This document shows, piece by piece, positions 22,654 to 31,198 of a stretch of 64,000 bases of DNA. This stretch comes from Candidatus Latescibacterota bacterium (GTDB lineage Bacteria > Latescibacterota > UBA2968 > GCA-2709665). How positions within the stretch are numbered: the first letter of the stretch is position 1; each line of letters begins with the position of its first letter. The translations under genes were made by a program, and so were the position numbers. The stretch is from contig CBDCOX010000002.1 of NCBI GenBank assembly GCA_965219995.1, positions 3,936,001 to 4,000,000 on the forward strand, written 5' to 3'. The notes beneath the pieces were generated by a model. The model did no database searches and was not told the origin of the DNA. It saw only the letters and a list, made by a program, of their open reading frames with translations.

Positions 22654-23529
22654 CTACACGTCGGAAACGCCCGTATATCCGGGGGGAATCAGCCCCCTCT
22701 GGTGGTCCCGGCAATGCGCCAGAAAGCTGCGGTCGCTCAACAGAAAGCCGGGATCTTCAATGATACAACGGGTACCCTCGTCAATCAGCTCCCTTGCGTT
22801 CATGACGGTCACTCTCGCATCGCCGATCTTTCCGTACTGAACCAGACCCAGCCGCTGCATCTCGGGCTCCATCAGGTAATAATCCCTGGGTACGTTCGGC
22901 GTGTGCACCTTCTGGACGTGGACGTGGATCCGGCCATGCTCGTCCGCCACCTCCAGTCGCGAAGGTTCGTCCGCCAGCGCATAGGGCGCATGGCCGTACT
23001 CCTCGCAGGCGTGCATCAGCGTGCAGCTGGTCCAGCCCGTGCCGAGGAACATATAATGCGCTTCCAGTTCCCCCAGCTTTCCCCATGCCGTGTCCCGCCC
23101 GCAAGGCGTAAAACAGCGAATCGCGTCCTCGGCGAGGTACTCCGCCTGGCGCCCGATCGCACACATCGGATTGCTGGAGTCCAGGCAACGCACGGCTCCC
23201 GGATGATGTCGAAACACCTCGGTGATCCTGCCCATCCGGGACGGGGAGCGGCGCACGTCGAAGGCCGGTGACCCGGCGTTGCGGGCGTACTCCCAGTGCC
23301 ACCCGTTGAAATGGCACGTATGGACCGCGACCGTGCCCTGTGGCCCGACGGCCTCCAGGAACGCGTCGATCACCGTTTCGGCGCCGCCGTCCACGTATCC
23401 CATACTGCTGAGGGAATTGTGAAAGAACACCGCGTCGCCTGGATTCACCCCCAGGTTCCGAAGGCCTTCGACGACGTCACGCTTCCGAACGACCGTTTTC
23501 CCTTCCGGCGACCAGGGTTTCTTTGCCAT
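22654..23529 (-). CDS. AAC(3)-family N-acetyltransferase
   Basis: HNSLSSMGYVDGG, MGRITEVFR, CTLMHACEE; AAGGAG RBS upstream of 23529. Confidence 0.85.
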   Translation of the reverse strand: MAKKPWSPEGKTVVRKRDVVEGLRNLGVNPGDAVFFHNSLSSMGYVDGGAETVIDAFLEAVGPQGTVAVHTCHFNGWHWEYARNAGSPAFDVRRSPSRMGRITEVFRHHPGAVRCLDSSNPMCAIGRQAEYLAEDAIRCFTPCGRDTAWGKLGELEAHYMFLGTGWTSCTLMHACEEYGHAPYALADEPSRLEVADEHGRIHVHVQKVHTPNVPRDYYLMEPEMQRLGLVQYGKIGDARVTVMNARELIDEGTRCIIEDPGFLLSDRSFLAHCRDHQRGLIPPGYTGVSDV

Positions 23530-23608
23530 CTCAGGAGTCTCCTTGTAAAAAAGCGATGCCAGGTGAGACACGAGAAGGACGAAAGCAGGCGCCTCAGTCG
23601 GCCGGCCA

Positions 23609-24196
23609 TCAGCGGTAAGGGGCGAGGGATGGATGGTCCAGCACGGAGGCGAGCCACGTCCAGCCCTCGGCGCACCGGTCGTAGGTTTCGATGGGGACGA
23701 AGCCGAAGTCCAGGTACAGGTTGATCGCCCTCGAGGTGTTGGTCTGCGTGGTCAGATAGGCGCGATCGTGGAAGTCCGCAATCCGGCGAAGGGACGCCGC
23801 CAAAAGCGGTTTGGCGAGACCGCGGCCCTGATATTCGGGACGGATGACGACCCAGTGGATGCGGCCGTAGTCCCTGCCGTTGAACGCGTCGTTGTACCAT
23901 GCCGTGCACGTACCGATCGCCCGACCCTCCGGGTCCTCCAGATACAGACACCGTGCCTCCATCTCGTCCCGGCCCGGTCCGAACTCGCTCTCGAAGTACT
24001 CCAGCGCCTTGTCCACGGAATCGAACGAAGCCACGGCGATTTCGATTTCCGCCCAAAGGTGGTCTTCGCCGGCCCTGTAGTACCGCAGCCGGTATCCCGC
24101 GGGAAGCGGATATGACGGGAGGTCCGTCAGGTCATCCCTGACCATGACCACCGGAATGTGCTTCTGCTTCCTTTCCCAGTGCCTGTCGATTCTCAC
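23609..24196 (-). CDS. GNAT family N-acetyltransferase
   Basis: IHWVVIRPEYQGRGLAK, AINLYLDFGF; GTG start at 24196 follows GGAGG. Confidence 0.88.
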   Translation of the reverse strand: MRIDRHWERKQKHIPVVMVRDDLTDLPSYPLPAGYRLRYYRAGEDHLWAEIEIAVASFDSVDKALEYFESEFGPGRDEMEARCLYLEDPEGRAIGTCTAWYNDAFNGRDYGRIHWVVIRPEYQGRGLAKPLLAASLRRIADFHDRAYLTTQTNTSRAINLYLDFGFVPIETYDRCAEGWTWLASVLDHPSLAPYR

Positions 24197-24251
24197 AGCG
24201 CCTGCCTCCGTTTCCCAATCGATGCGGGACGGCTCGCGGCCACCCCGCACG

Positions 24252-26351
24252 CTAGACGACGGCGGTCCCGGCATCCGACACGGCGTAGGACCGGCCCTCG
24301 CCAAGCACCGTACTCCATCGTTCTCCATCGTGTTGTTCGAAGGCGAGTTTAATCCGGCCTCCGGACGGCGCGCCCAGTACGAATACCGTCTCCGGTCGCT
24401 GCGGAAGCACCGGTCCCCGGACAGGCAGGGTGACGTCCCCGCCTGCCGGCGTCAGAACCATCCGCGGCAACCCTCCCGGGTCTGTAAACCAGAAGGTGAT
24501 CATCGAATCGCCGGCGCACTGTTGCACGACACAACCGTCACCGCCAGGCAGAATCGCCCACAGGATGTCGAGTGACGATTCGCCATCCATCACGAATTGG
24601 TACCTGAGGTCCGCCTGGTCCATTGCGTCCAGGTCTTCGGGCGGAATGTCGTAGCCGGAGAGATAGTCCTCCCAGTACGGGTCGACCGGCTGCGGGACCC
24701 GCTCGAATGCCGCTGCCCGGGAAGACGCCTTGCACAACCGGCAGGTCCGCCTGGATGGCGTCCGCAGCAGGAGTGAACCGTCCGGTCGGATTTCGGCGTC
24801 AACCTCTTGCCCTGTGTGAAAATGGGCTTCCACGTGGCGCGGCGCAGGGCCGGAGAACCGGACGCGGTCCAGAATGAACGCGGCGTGGCAATCCCGCGCG
24901 TGCATTACGGTCCGTTCGAACGAGGTCAGCCCCGGCACGTCCGGATACGCGCCCGCCGCCTCGCACCGCGCGGCCGAATACACGTCGTTCCCGCCGCAAT
25001 ACACCCCCGTGACCTCGCCGCCCGAGTCGGGTCCGTCCGACTGTCCTGCGCCGTCGAACGTGAGGGTATTCTTCAACGCGGTGTCGAATCGAAAGTAGCC
25101 CGACGGCCTGAAGAAATAGTGCCCGTTGGCAAAATAGGTAAAACTCGCGCGGTCTTCATAGTGGGCGTGTTTATTCTGGGTGATAGTCTGTATCGGAAGC
25201 CCCGTATCCCGCCCGGCCTGCGCCAGCGGACCCCCGGGAATCGTACACTCGAAGCTCAGGACGGAGGCGCTCCCGTTGAACCCCGTGCGGGAGAAGAACT
25301 GACCCAGCGACGGGAAGAATGCCGCTGCCGGCAGACCGTCCGGCGGTTCCGCCTCAACGCCGGGATCGTACCAGAGAAAGCTCCAGCCGTAGTCGTGGTA
25401 GTCTTTCAGAAACGTGCGTGACGTCTCCCGCTCCGCCTGCCACTGCGCCAGCCCGTCACTGAACTCGGACGCGAGTTTGTACAGCTGAAAGGCCACGACC
25501 CCGCCGGTCTCCCCGTGGTACCGGCCGCTGGGCGTGGAATCGTCCAGAAACACGTACGATCCGTCGGGCAGAAGGTGGTACGCGCGCCAGCGGGACAGCG
25601 CTTTCAGCCACGCAATATCAAATTCATCCTCTCCGAATACACGCTTCCGGCCTTCCAAGTAGAACAGCATCGGCCCAAGCGCGTAGTTCAGCGGGGCCAC
25701 ACCCTCGTTCCATGCACCGTCCTCACCCTGGATGGAGACGATCCGTGCGACCTCTCTCTCAACCGTGGATAACCAGGCCTCGGCGTCTGTCTCGTACGGC
25801 AGCAACGCCAGGCAGCCGACGCCCGCACCGAAGACCGGTACCCAGCAATCGTGGTAGTGGTATCGCCGGCTCCAGCCCGCCTCGCCAGTGTCCATGTGTC
25901 GGACCATGCGTCCGGTTTCGACGCGCAACACCGCAACCAGACGGCGTACGAGCGCATCCGGCAGAACACACCCGAACAGGTCCAGGCCGTAAGCCAGCGC
26001 CATCACGTGAAAGGCGACCAGATACGAAGCCTTGACCTGATCGTCGTCCGCGGCGCCGACCCCGACCCATCGCGCCAGCCAGCGTTCCGCCAGCCCGCGC
26101 CACCGCCCGTCTCCGGTGACCTGCCAGGCGATGCCGCAGTTTACCACCAGAGAAAAGCAGATCTCGAGGATATCGCTGTATTCGGGTTCCTCGAGGTCCC
26201 AGAGCGTAGCCGGCGGTTCGTGGGCTATCCGGCGATCCAGGTCCTCGACCAGGGCGCGAAAGAACCGGGCGTGCGACGTTGCGCTGCGTTTGCGCAGGTC
26301 ATCAAGTTCGCAGTCAGCCAGAATCAACCGCGGCCCCGCGGGATCGACCAT
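24252..26351 (-). CDS. Heparinase II/III-like / DUF4962-type polysaccharide lyase homologue
   Basis: N-terminal PRL, helical region with DGAWNEG, WSFLWYDP, SRTGF, HAH, NTLTFDG; start uncertain (ORF extends to 26408). Confidence 0.7.
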   Translation of the reverse strand: MVDPAGPRLILADCELDDLRKRSATSHARFFRALVEDLDRRIAHEPPATLWDLEEPEYSDILEICFSLVVNCGIAWQVTGDGRWRGLAERWLARWVGVGAADDDQVKASYLVAFHVMALAYGLDLFGCVLPDALVRRLVAVLRVETGRMVRHMDTGEAGWSRRYHYHDCWVPVFGAGVGCLALLPYETDAEAWLSTVEREVARIVSIQGEDGAWNEGVAPLNYALGPMLFYLEGRKRVFGEDEFDIAWLKALSRWRAYHLLPDGSYVFLDDSTPSGRYHGETGGVVAFQLYKLASEFSDGLAQWQAERETSRTFLKDYHDYGWSFLWYDPGVEAEPPDGLPAAAFFPSLGQFFSRTGFNGSASVLSFECTIPGGPLAQAGRDTGLPIQTITQNKHAHYEDRASFTYFANGHYFFRPSGYFRFDTALKNTLTFDGAGQSDGPDSGGEVTGVYCGGNDVYSAARCEAAGAYPDVPGLTSFERTVMHARDCHAAFILDRVRFSGPAPRHVEAHFHTGQEVDAEIRPDGSLLLRTPSRRTCRLCKASSRAAAFERVPQPVDPYWEDYLSGYDIPPEDLDAMDQADLRYQFVMDGESSLDILWAILPGGDGCVVQQCAGDSMITFWFTDPGGLPRMVLTPAGGDVTLPVRGPVLPQRPETVFVLGAPSGGRIKLAFEQHDGERWSTVLGEGRSYAVSDAGTAVV

Positions 26352-26775
26352 TGAGGAACCCATTTCCGATAGCTGGTATGGAGCCGGATGGCCCACCATG
26401 TGGCACATTCAAAAGTGCGGGGATCTACCTGCGACGCGCGGTCCTGAGTCCTGGCGGCCGCACGGCGAACGTCCGCTCGAATACCGTACAGATCCCAACG
26501 TGCCCTGGCGTTACAAACCCCTCATCCCAAGTCTAAACCATACCGGGAGGGATTGCAAGTCCCATCGTGTGCGGAGTGAAGGGCGGCGCCTGAATCCGGA
26601 CAGGCGGCAGGCCGTGGTGAATGACAGAAAACCTGACATCCGGCCCGGTTTGAATTCAGCATCGACAGCCAAAAATCAGCTTGTGATTGGCTCACAAGAG
26701 CACGTACACGAACCCGCCGCGGCCGCGCGCGACCTCGACGTCCCGAAAATCAAAAAAAGACACCCCTTTTTTCTC

Positions 26776-26815
26776 TTGACAAAAAATGTTACCTGATATT
26801 ATCATGTGTTATAAT
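26776..26815 (+). promoter_or_regulatory. Sigma70-type promoter of the outer-membrane operon
   Basis: TTGACA (26776-26781), 18 bp, TATCAT; plus extended -10 TGtTATAAT (26807-26815), in an AT-rich divergent intergenic region. Confidence 0.7.
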
Positions 26816-27100
26816 CGCTATTTTTATCATGCCTGCTTCATTGGCGGGTATCGAAACGGCATCGCGAGGGCTTTCTCTGTGGGAGGGGCACCGTCTTGCC
26901 GTATCCACAACAATCGGTCCTCCCCCCGCGATTACGGATGCCCGTTTCCGGTGTCGCCGAACGGGCTGCTCAGGCAACGCCGGGAGTATTGCAGGGGGAG
27001 TCGGTGACAGGTTGAGCCGAAGTTCCGAAAACGGACCCGGTCCCGCGGGAATTCAGGCGGCATCCGCGCGGCTTTGTCCATCTCTTAAGGAGGGCAGTCT

Positions 27101-27844
27101 ATGGGCACATGGAGGGTTTTGGCGGTTGCCGGGCTTCTGGTGTCGCTTCTCGCACCGGATTCCGGCGCGCGGGAGTTCGACCGGATCGGCGGGCGGATGC
27201 TGTTGGGCTACAACCTGCCCGTGATGGGGCTTCGGACGAACTGGTACACACAGGCCGTACGTTGGGGCGGCAGCGTTGTTTACAACCGGAATATCAACAA
27301 CGCGATCGAGTTCGAGTATCACCGGCTCGAGTACACTGACGGCAAGATCGAGAATCAGACGTTCACCTGGAACGAAGACTCGAAAGATTATTCGAGTCCC
27401 GAGTCGGACGCCAGTATGCGGATCAACAGCGTGCTTTGCAACATGGTTTTCCGGCTCGGTGACAAATCACGCCTTTTCTATAACCAGGCAACCTCACCCT
27501 ACGTGGTCGCCGGCGGCGGGTTTCACAGCTACAGCAATCGCGTGAGCGGCCTGATTTATCCGGGGCAGAAGGGCATCGCTGTCGAGGGTTCCGAGCAGAA
27601 CATGCTGGATCCAAGCGTGGTCCTCGAACCCGTGGTGGAGAGCCGGTGGGCGCTTGGGGCCCATTTCGGGTTCGGCGTCGAGAGGTTCATGTCCAACAAC
27701 TTTTCACTGGACTTCCGGGTTCAGCACAACTTCCTGGTCGGGACGCTCGGTCCGCGGGAAGCCTGGGGCATCAAGGGCGTGATGCCGCTGCTGCAGATGC
27801 TGGATCTGGAAGTGGGCCTCAAATTCTACGAATCGGGTAAGTAG
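27101..27844 (+). CDS. Outer-membrane beta-barrel protein (OmpA/OmpW-like 8-strand type)
   Basis: Signal peptide, alternating beta-strand patterns, SPYVVAGGG, HFGFGVE, terminal LEVGLKFY. Confidence 0.75.
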   Translation: MGTWRVLAVAGLLVSLLAPDSGAREFDRIGGRMLLGYNLPVMGLRTNWYTQAVRWGGSVVYNRNINNAIEFEYHRLEYTDGKIENQTFTWNEDSKDYSSPESDASMRINSVLCNMVFRLGDKSRLFYNQATSPYVVAGGGFHSYSNRVSGLIYPGQKGIAVEGSEQNMLDPSVVLEPVVESRWALGAHFGFGVERFMSNNFSLDFRVQHNFLVGTLGPREAWGIKGVMPLLQMLDLEVGLKFYESGK

Positions 27845-27940
27845 TGCGTCTCGCATGCCCGGGAAAGGAGGAAACGTCATCCTATTGAGCATGCAAGGCG
27901 GCAACCAATCAGGCAGTCCAACTTAATTGGAGGTTCGGTA

Positions 27941-30900
27941 ATGAAGAAGTGTGTTTTGTTTCTCGGATTTCTTTCCCTCTGCACGGCACTGGCGTTAAGT
28001 GGCAGCGCCTGGGCGGGCACGACCGGAAAGATTGTTGGAAAGGTCCTGGACCAGAATGGCGAAGCGCTGCCCGGCGCCAACGTGGTCATCGAGGGACAGA
28101 ATCTCGGGTCCACGGCCGACGCGGAAGGGTTCTACGTGATCCTGCGCGCCGACCCGGGGCTGTATACGCTCAAGGCCTCGCTGATCGGCTATCAGACCGA
28201 GTCGCTGACGGACGTGCGGGTGCAGGCCGACGTGACCACAGAGGTCGATTTCAGACTCGAAGAGGCAACGCTTGAACTCGGTGAGATGGTTGTCAAGGCG
28301 GAGCGTCCTCCGGTGGAAGTGGACAAGACCTTCAGCAAGTACATCGTGGGCGCCGATGAGATCGAGCAGCTTCCCATCGTGCGCACCACCAGCGAAATGA
28401 TTACGCTGCAGCCGGGCGTGCACCTCGACGGTTCCGACCGCATGCGGGGAAGCAACCGGCCCGGAGAATGGCGAAGCCGCACGGGCGGAGACGTGGCCTA
28501 TTACGTGGACGGCGTGAAAATCGTGAACAGCGACGGCGCCGGGTCCCACAACTGGAAGGCCATCAACCGGTCGACCGTCCAGGAAATTTCCGTGGTTACG
28601 GGCGGGATGAACGCCGAGTACGGCAATGCCCAGGCTGGCGTCGTCAGCATTATCACGAAAGACGGGAGCCAGAACTTCCACGGATGGGCGGAGTACCGGC
28701 GGACGCCGCCGGGGCAGAAGCACTGGGGCGCGAACATCTACGAAAGCCCCATGCACCTCGACAAGATGAAGTGGGGCGAGGGCGAGTGGCAGAACGAGCG
28801 GGACCCGGATACGGGTCGACTCGTCCACCAGCGCGCGGACTACGACGAAATCACCGGCCACGAGGTGGAGGGGAATATCTCGGGGCCGCTTTCCAAGAGC
28901 GCTTCGTTCATCGTTTCGGGCAAGACGGCGCGGAAGGCGCCCGTCTATCCCTCGGGGACGGAGAGGGGCTACTATGACGACATCGGGCGGTTCGTTCCCT
29001 CTTTGAACAATTACCAGGGATCATACAGCGTCACGGTCCGCGCGTCCGAAAACGTAAAGATGAAGATCGGCGGGTTGTTCGAGTACAACAAGAAGTTTAT
29101 CGGAACGGACCGGGATTCCTGGCGGAACGAACGGTCCGCGGGTACGTCCAGCGGCGTCATCCGCGGTCTGCACGACAGCGGGAAGAACATCTTCCTGCCG
29201 GAGGACTGGAGCGCGGCGGGCAAGATGAGCACGAACCACAATATGCAATACCTGGCCATCACCCATTCTCTCTCGCCCAGGACGTTCTACGACCTCCGGA
29301 TTTCGCGCTATTCAACCGTCGACGACACCAGCGACATCGCGGCGAGAACGTCGGACGTGCGTACGGATGCGGACGGATGGTTCGCCGTGGACCGGGAGGT
29401 CCGCCATTACCAGGTTGCGGACCGGAAGCGGTACCAGGTGAAGCTGGATCTGGCCAGTCAGATCACGAAGGGGCATTTCGTGAAGGCCGGCTTCGAGTTC
29501 ATCAAGTACAGCATGTTTCTTACCCGCTACACCGGTGAGAGCGCACAGGCCAGGCGGCTGGAGTTCGCCGGCGCGCAGGGCGTGATCGGAGACCCTGTCA
29601 AGCCCCAGCACCTTGCCATCTACGCGCAGGACAAGATGGAGTTCGAAGGCATGGTCATCAATGCCGGCCTTCGCCTGGACCTGTTCGATCCGGTCTCCAA
29701 ATTCCCGGCTTCGGGCGCTTATGCATTCTCGCCCATGTACAACTCGCCGCTGCGGTTCCAGAATGCGCCCCACCGCGAACCGGTGGTGTTCAAGAACCTG
29801 AGCCCGCGGGTCGGGGTGTCGCATCCGATCACGGCGCGGTCGTCCATGCACTATTTCGCGGGTCTGTTCCTGGCCTATCCCGACATCTATTACCTGTTCA
29901 ACGGGGACTGGCGGACATCGGGTCCCGACCAGGACTGGAACGGGAACGGCGCGATCGACCCGGGTGAGCGCTACAACGCCATGCGCCCCTCCTACCCCAT
30001 TCGCAGCGGACAGGGCACCACCGAAATCCGGCCCGAAAAGACCGTGTCGATGGAGGTGGGGGCGGACTGGAACTTCGTGCAGGACTACACCGGCGCGATC
30101 GCGGTGTATTACAAAAGCGCGAAGGACCAGTACCATTACCATTCCGACGTGCGCTTTTACGCGCCGCACCGGCCGGGATGGGTGCATCCCTACGCACGGA
30201 TCCTGCACAACAACGGTTTCGAAGAGCAGCGGGGTCTGGAATTCTCCCTGCGGAAGCCGCTCAGCCACAACTTCGCCATCAACCTGGCGTACAACATGAC
30301 TTGGGCCCAGGCCGGATGGGGCAACTTCGACGCCTGGTTCAACTTCCTCTATCCTGATTCCATGTACATTGCCAGCGGGCGGTACTGGTACGAATACAGA
30401 GTGGAGAACGGCGTTGAGGTGCCGGTGCCCCTCACGGTGGAACAGATCCGCGAGATCGGGCACACCGCCAACAACGCGATCAAGAGCATCGCCCGGCGGG
30501 ACGGCAATCCGGGAGGCCGGGGATACGAGCAGACCCGGATGACGGCCCGGGAGTATGGGCTCATCGGTCTGGACGACTTCGAACTGGACCACATCCACGT
30601 ATGGGCCAGGGGGTATCAGACCGGCCTGAACGCCGACGGCGGCAACATCCGCAACCAGGGCAGCGTCCAGTTCCTCTACCTCACGCCGGGGGACTACGGA
30701 CCCGATTTCAAGGTGTTTGGAAGCAAGTTCCTTGCCAACTGGCGGGTCAACATTCTGTGGCGTATGCAGAATACGGGTTCGTTCTGGTACACGCCGCCGA
30801 ATTCCGGCCGCGAACGGCGGCTGCGTCCGATCCGCACCTGGACGGACTTCGCCATCGAGAAGCGTTTTCCGTTCGGTCTCGGGCGCGGCGACGTCAGCCT

Positions 30901-31090
30901 CTTCCTGGAGGTGCGGAACCTCTTCAACCAGAAGGACGACAGTTCATTCAATACAACCGACTGGACCAACTGGGGCCTGCATACGGCCCGCCCGGACAAC
31001 TCTCACTTCCTCCTGTACGGGGATACGGCCGACCGGAGTTTCTACAACCATCCCCGGCGCACGGAAATGGGTCTGAGAGTACAATTCTGA
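27941..31090 (+). CDS. TonB-dependent receptor with N-terminal carboxypeptidase-regulatory-like domain
   Basis: Signal peptide + AGTTGKIVGKV, LPGANV, plug YYVDG...TGGMNAEYGNAQAGVV, YAQDKME, SPRVG, C-terminal Phe (GLRVQF). Confidence 0.93.
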   Translation: MKKCVLFLGFLSLCTALALSGSAWAGTTGKIVGKVLDQNGEALPGANVVIEGQNLGSTADAEGFYVILRADPGLYTLKASLIGYQTESLTDVRVQADVTTEVDFRLEEATLELGEMVVKAERPPVEVDKTFSKYIVGADEIEQLPIVRTTSEMITLQPGVHLDGSDRMRGSNRPGEWRSRTGGDVAYYVDGVKIVNSDGAGSHNWKAINRSTVQEISVVTGGMNAEYGNAQAGVVSIITKDGSQNFHGWAEYRRTPPGQKHWGANIYESPMHLDKMKWGEGEWQNERDPDTGRLVHQRADYDEITGHEVEGNISGPLSKSASFIVSGKTARKAPVYPSGTERGYYDDIGRFVPSLNNYQGSYSVTVRASENVKMKIGGLFEYNKKFIGTDRDSWRNERSAGTSSGVIRGLHDSGKNIFLPEDWSAAGKMSTNHNMQYLAITHSLSPRTFYDLRISRYSTVDDTSDIAARTSDVRTDADGWFAVDREVRHYQVADRKRYQVKLDLASQITKGHFVKAGFEFIKYSMFLTRYTGESAQARRLEFAGAQGVIGDPVKPQHLAIYAQDKMEFEGMVINAGLRLDLFDPVSKFPASGAYAFSPMYNSPLRFQNAPHREPVVFKNLSPRVGVSHPITARSSMHYFAGLFLAYPDIYYLFNGDWRTSGPDQDWNGNGAIDPGERYNAMRPSYPIRSGQGTTEIRPEKTVSMEVGADWNFVQDYTGAIAVYYKSAKDQYHYHSDVRFYAPHRPGWVHPYARILHNNGFEEQRGLEFSLRKPLSHNFAINLAYNMTWAQAGWGNFDAWFNFLYPDSMYIASGRYWYEYRVENGVEVPVPLTVEQIREIGHTANNAIKSIARRDGNPGGRGYEQTRMTAREYGLIGLDDFELDHIHVWARGYQTGLNADGGNIRNQGSVQFLYLTPGDYGPDFKVFGSKFLANWRVNILWRMQNTGSFWYTPPNSGRERRLRPIRTWTDFAIEKRFPFGLGRGDVSLFLEVRNLFNQKDDSSFNTTDWTNWGLHTARPDNSHFLLYGDTADRSFYNHPRRTEMGLRVQF

Positions 31091-31120
31091 TCCATTCCGG
31101 CATCCACACGTCATGAATAC

Positions 31121-31150
31121 GCGGGGCCCCGGGGTTGCCGGGGCTCCCGC
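31121..31150 (+). other. GC-rich intercistronic stem-loop between the receptor and cargo genes
   Basis: GCGGG-GCCCCGG-ggttg-CCGGGGC-t-CCCGC; no U-tract follows. Confidence 0.55.
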
Positions 31151-31198
31151 TGACATGCGATCATTTGTCAAGGACCTAACAACGCTAAGGAGGATACG

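Noticed and set aside
20322-24196. Antibiotic-resistance island (AAC(3), MBL, GNAT)
   Set aside because: No mobile-element context; the MBL lacks a signal peptide; all are broad superfamilies with many non-resistance members.
26410-27100. Small ORFs or a riboswitch in the divergent intergenic region before the TonB operon
   Set aside because: The ORFs lack RBS and motifs, and I could not recognise cobalamin, TPP or other aptamer signatures; an Infernal/Rfam scan would settle it.
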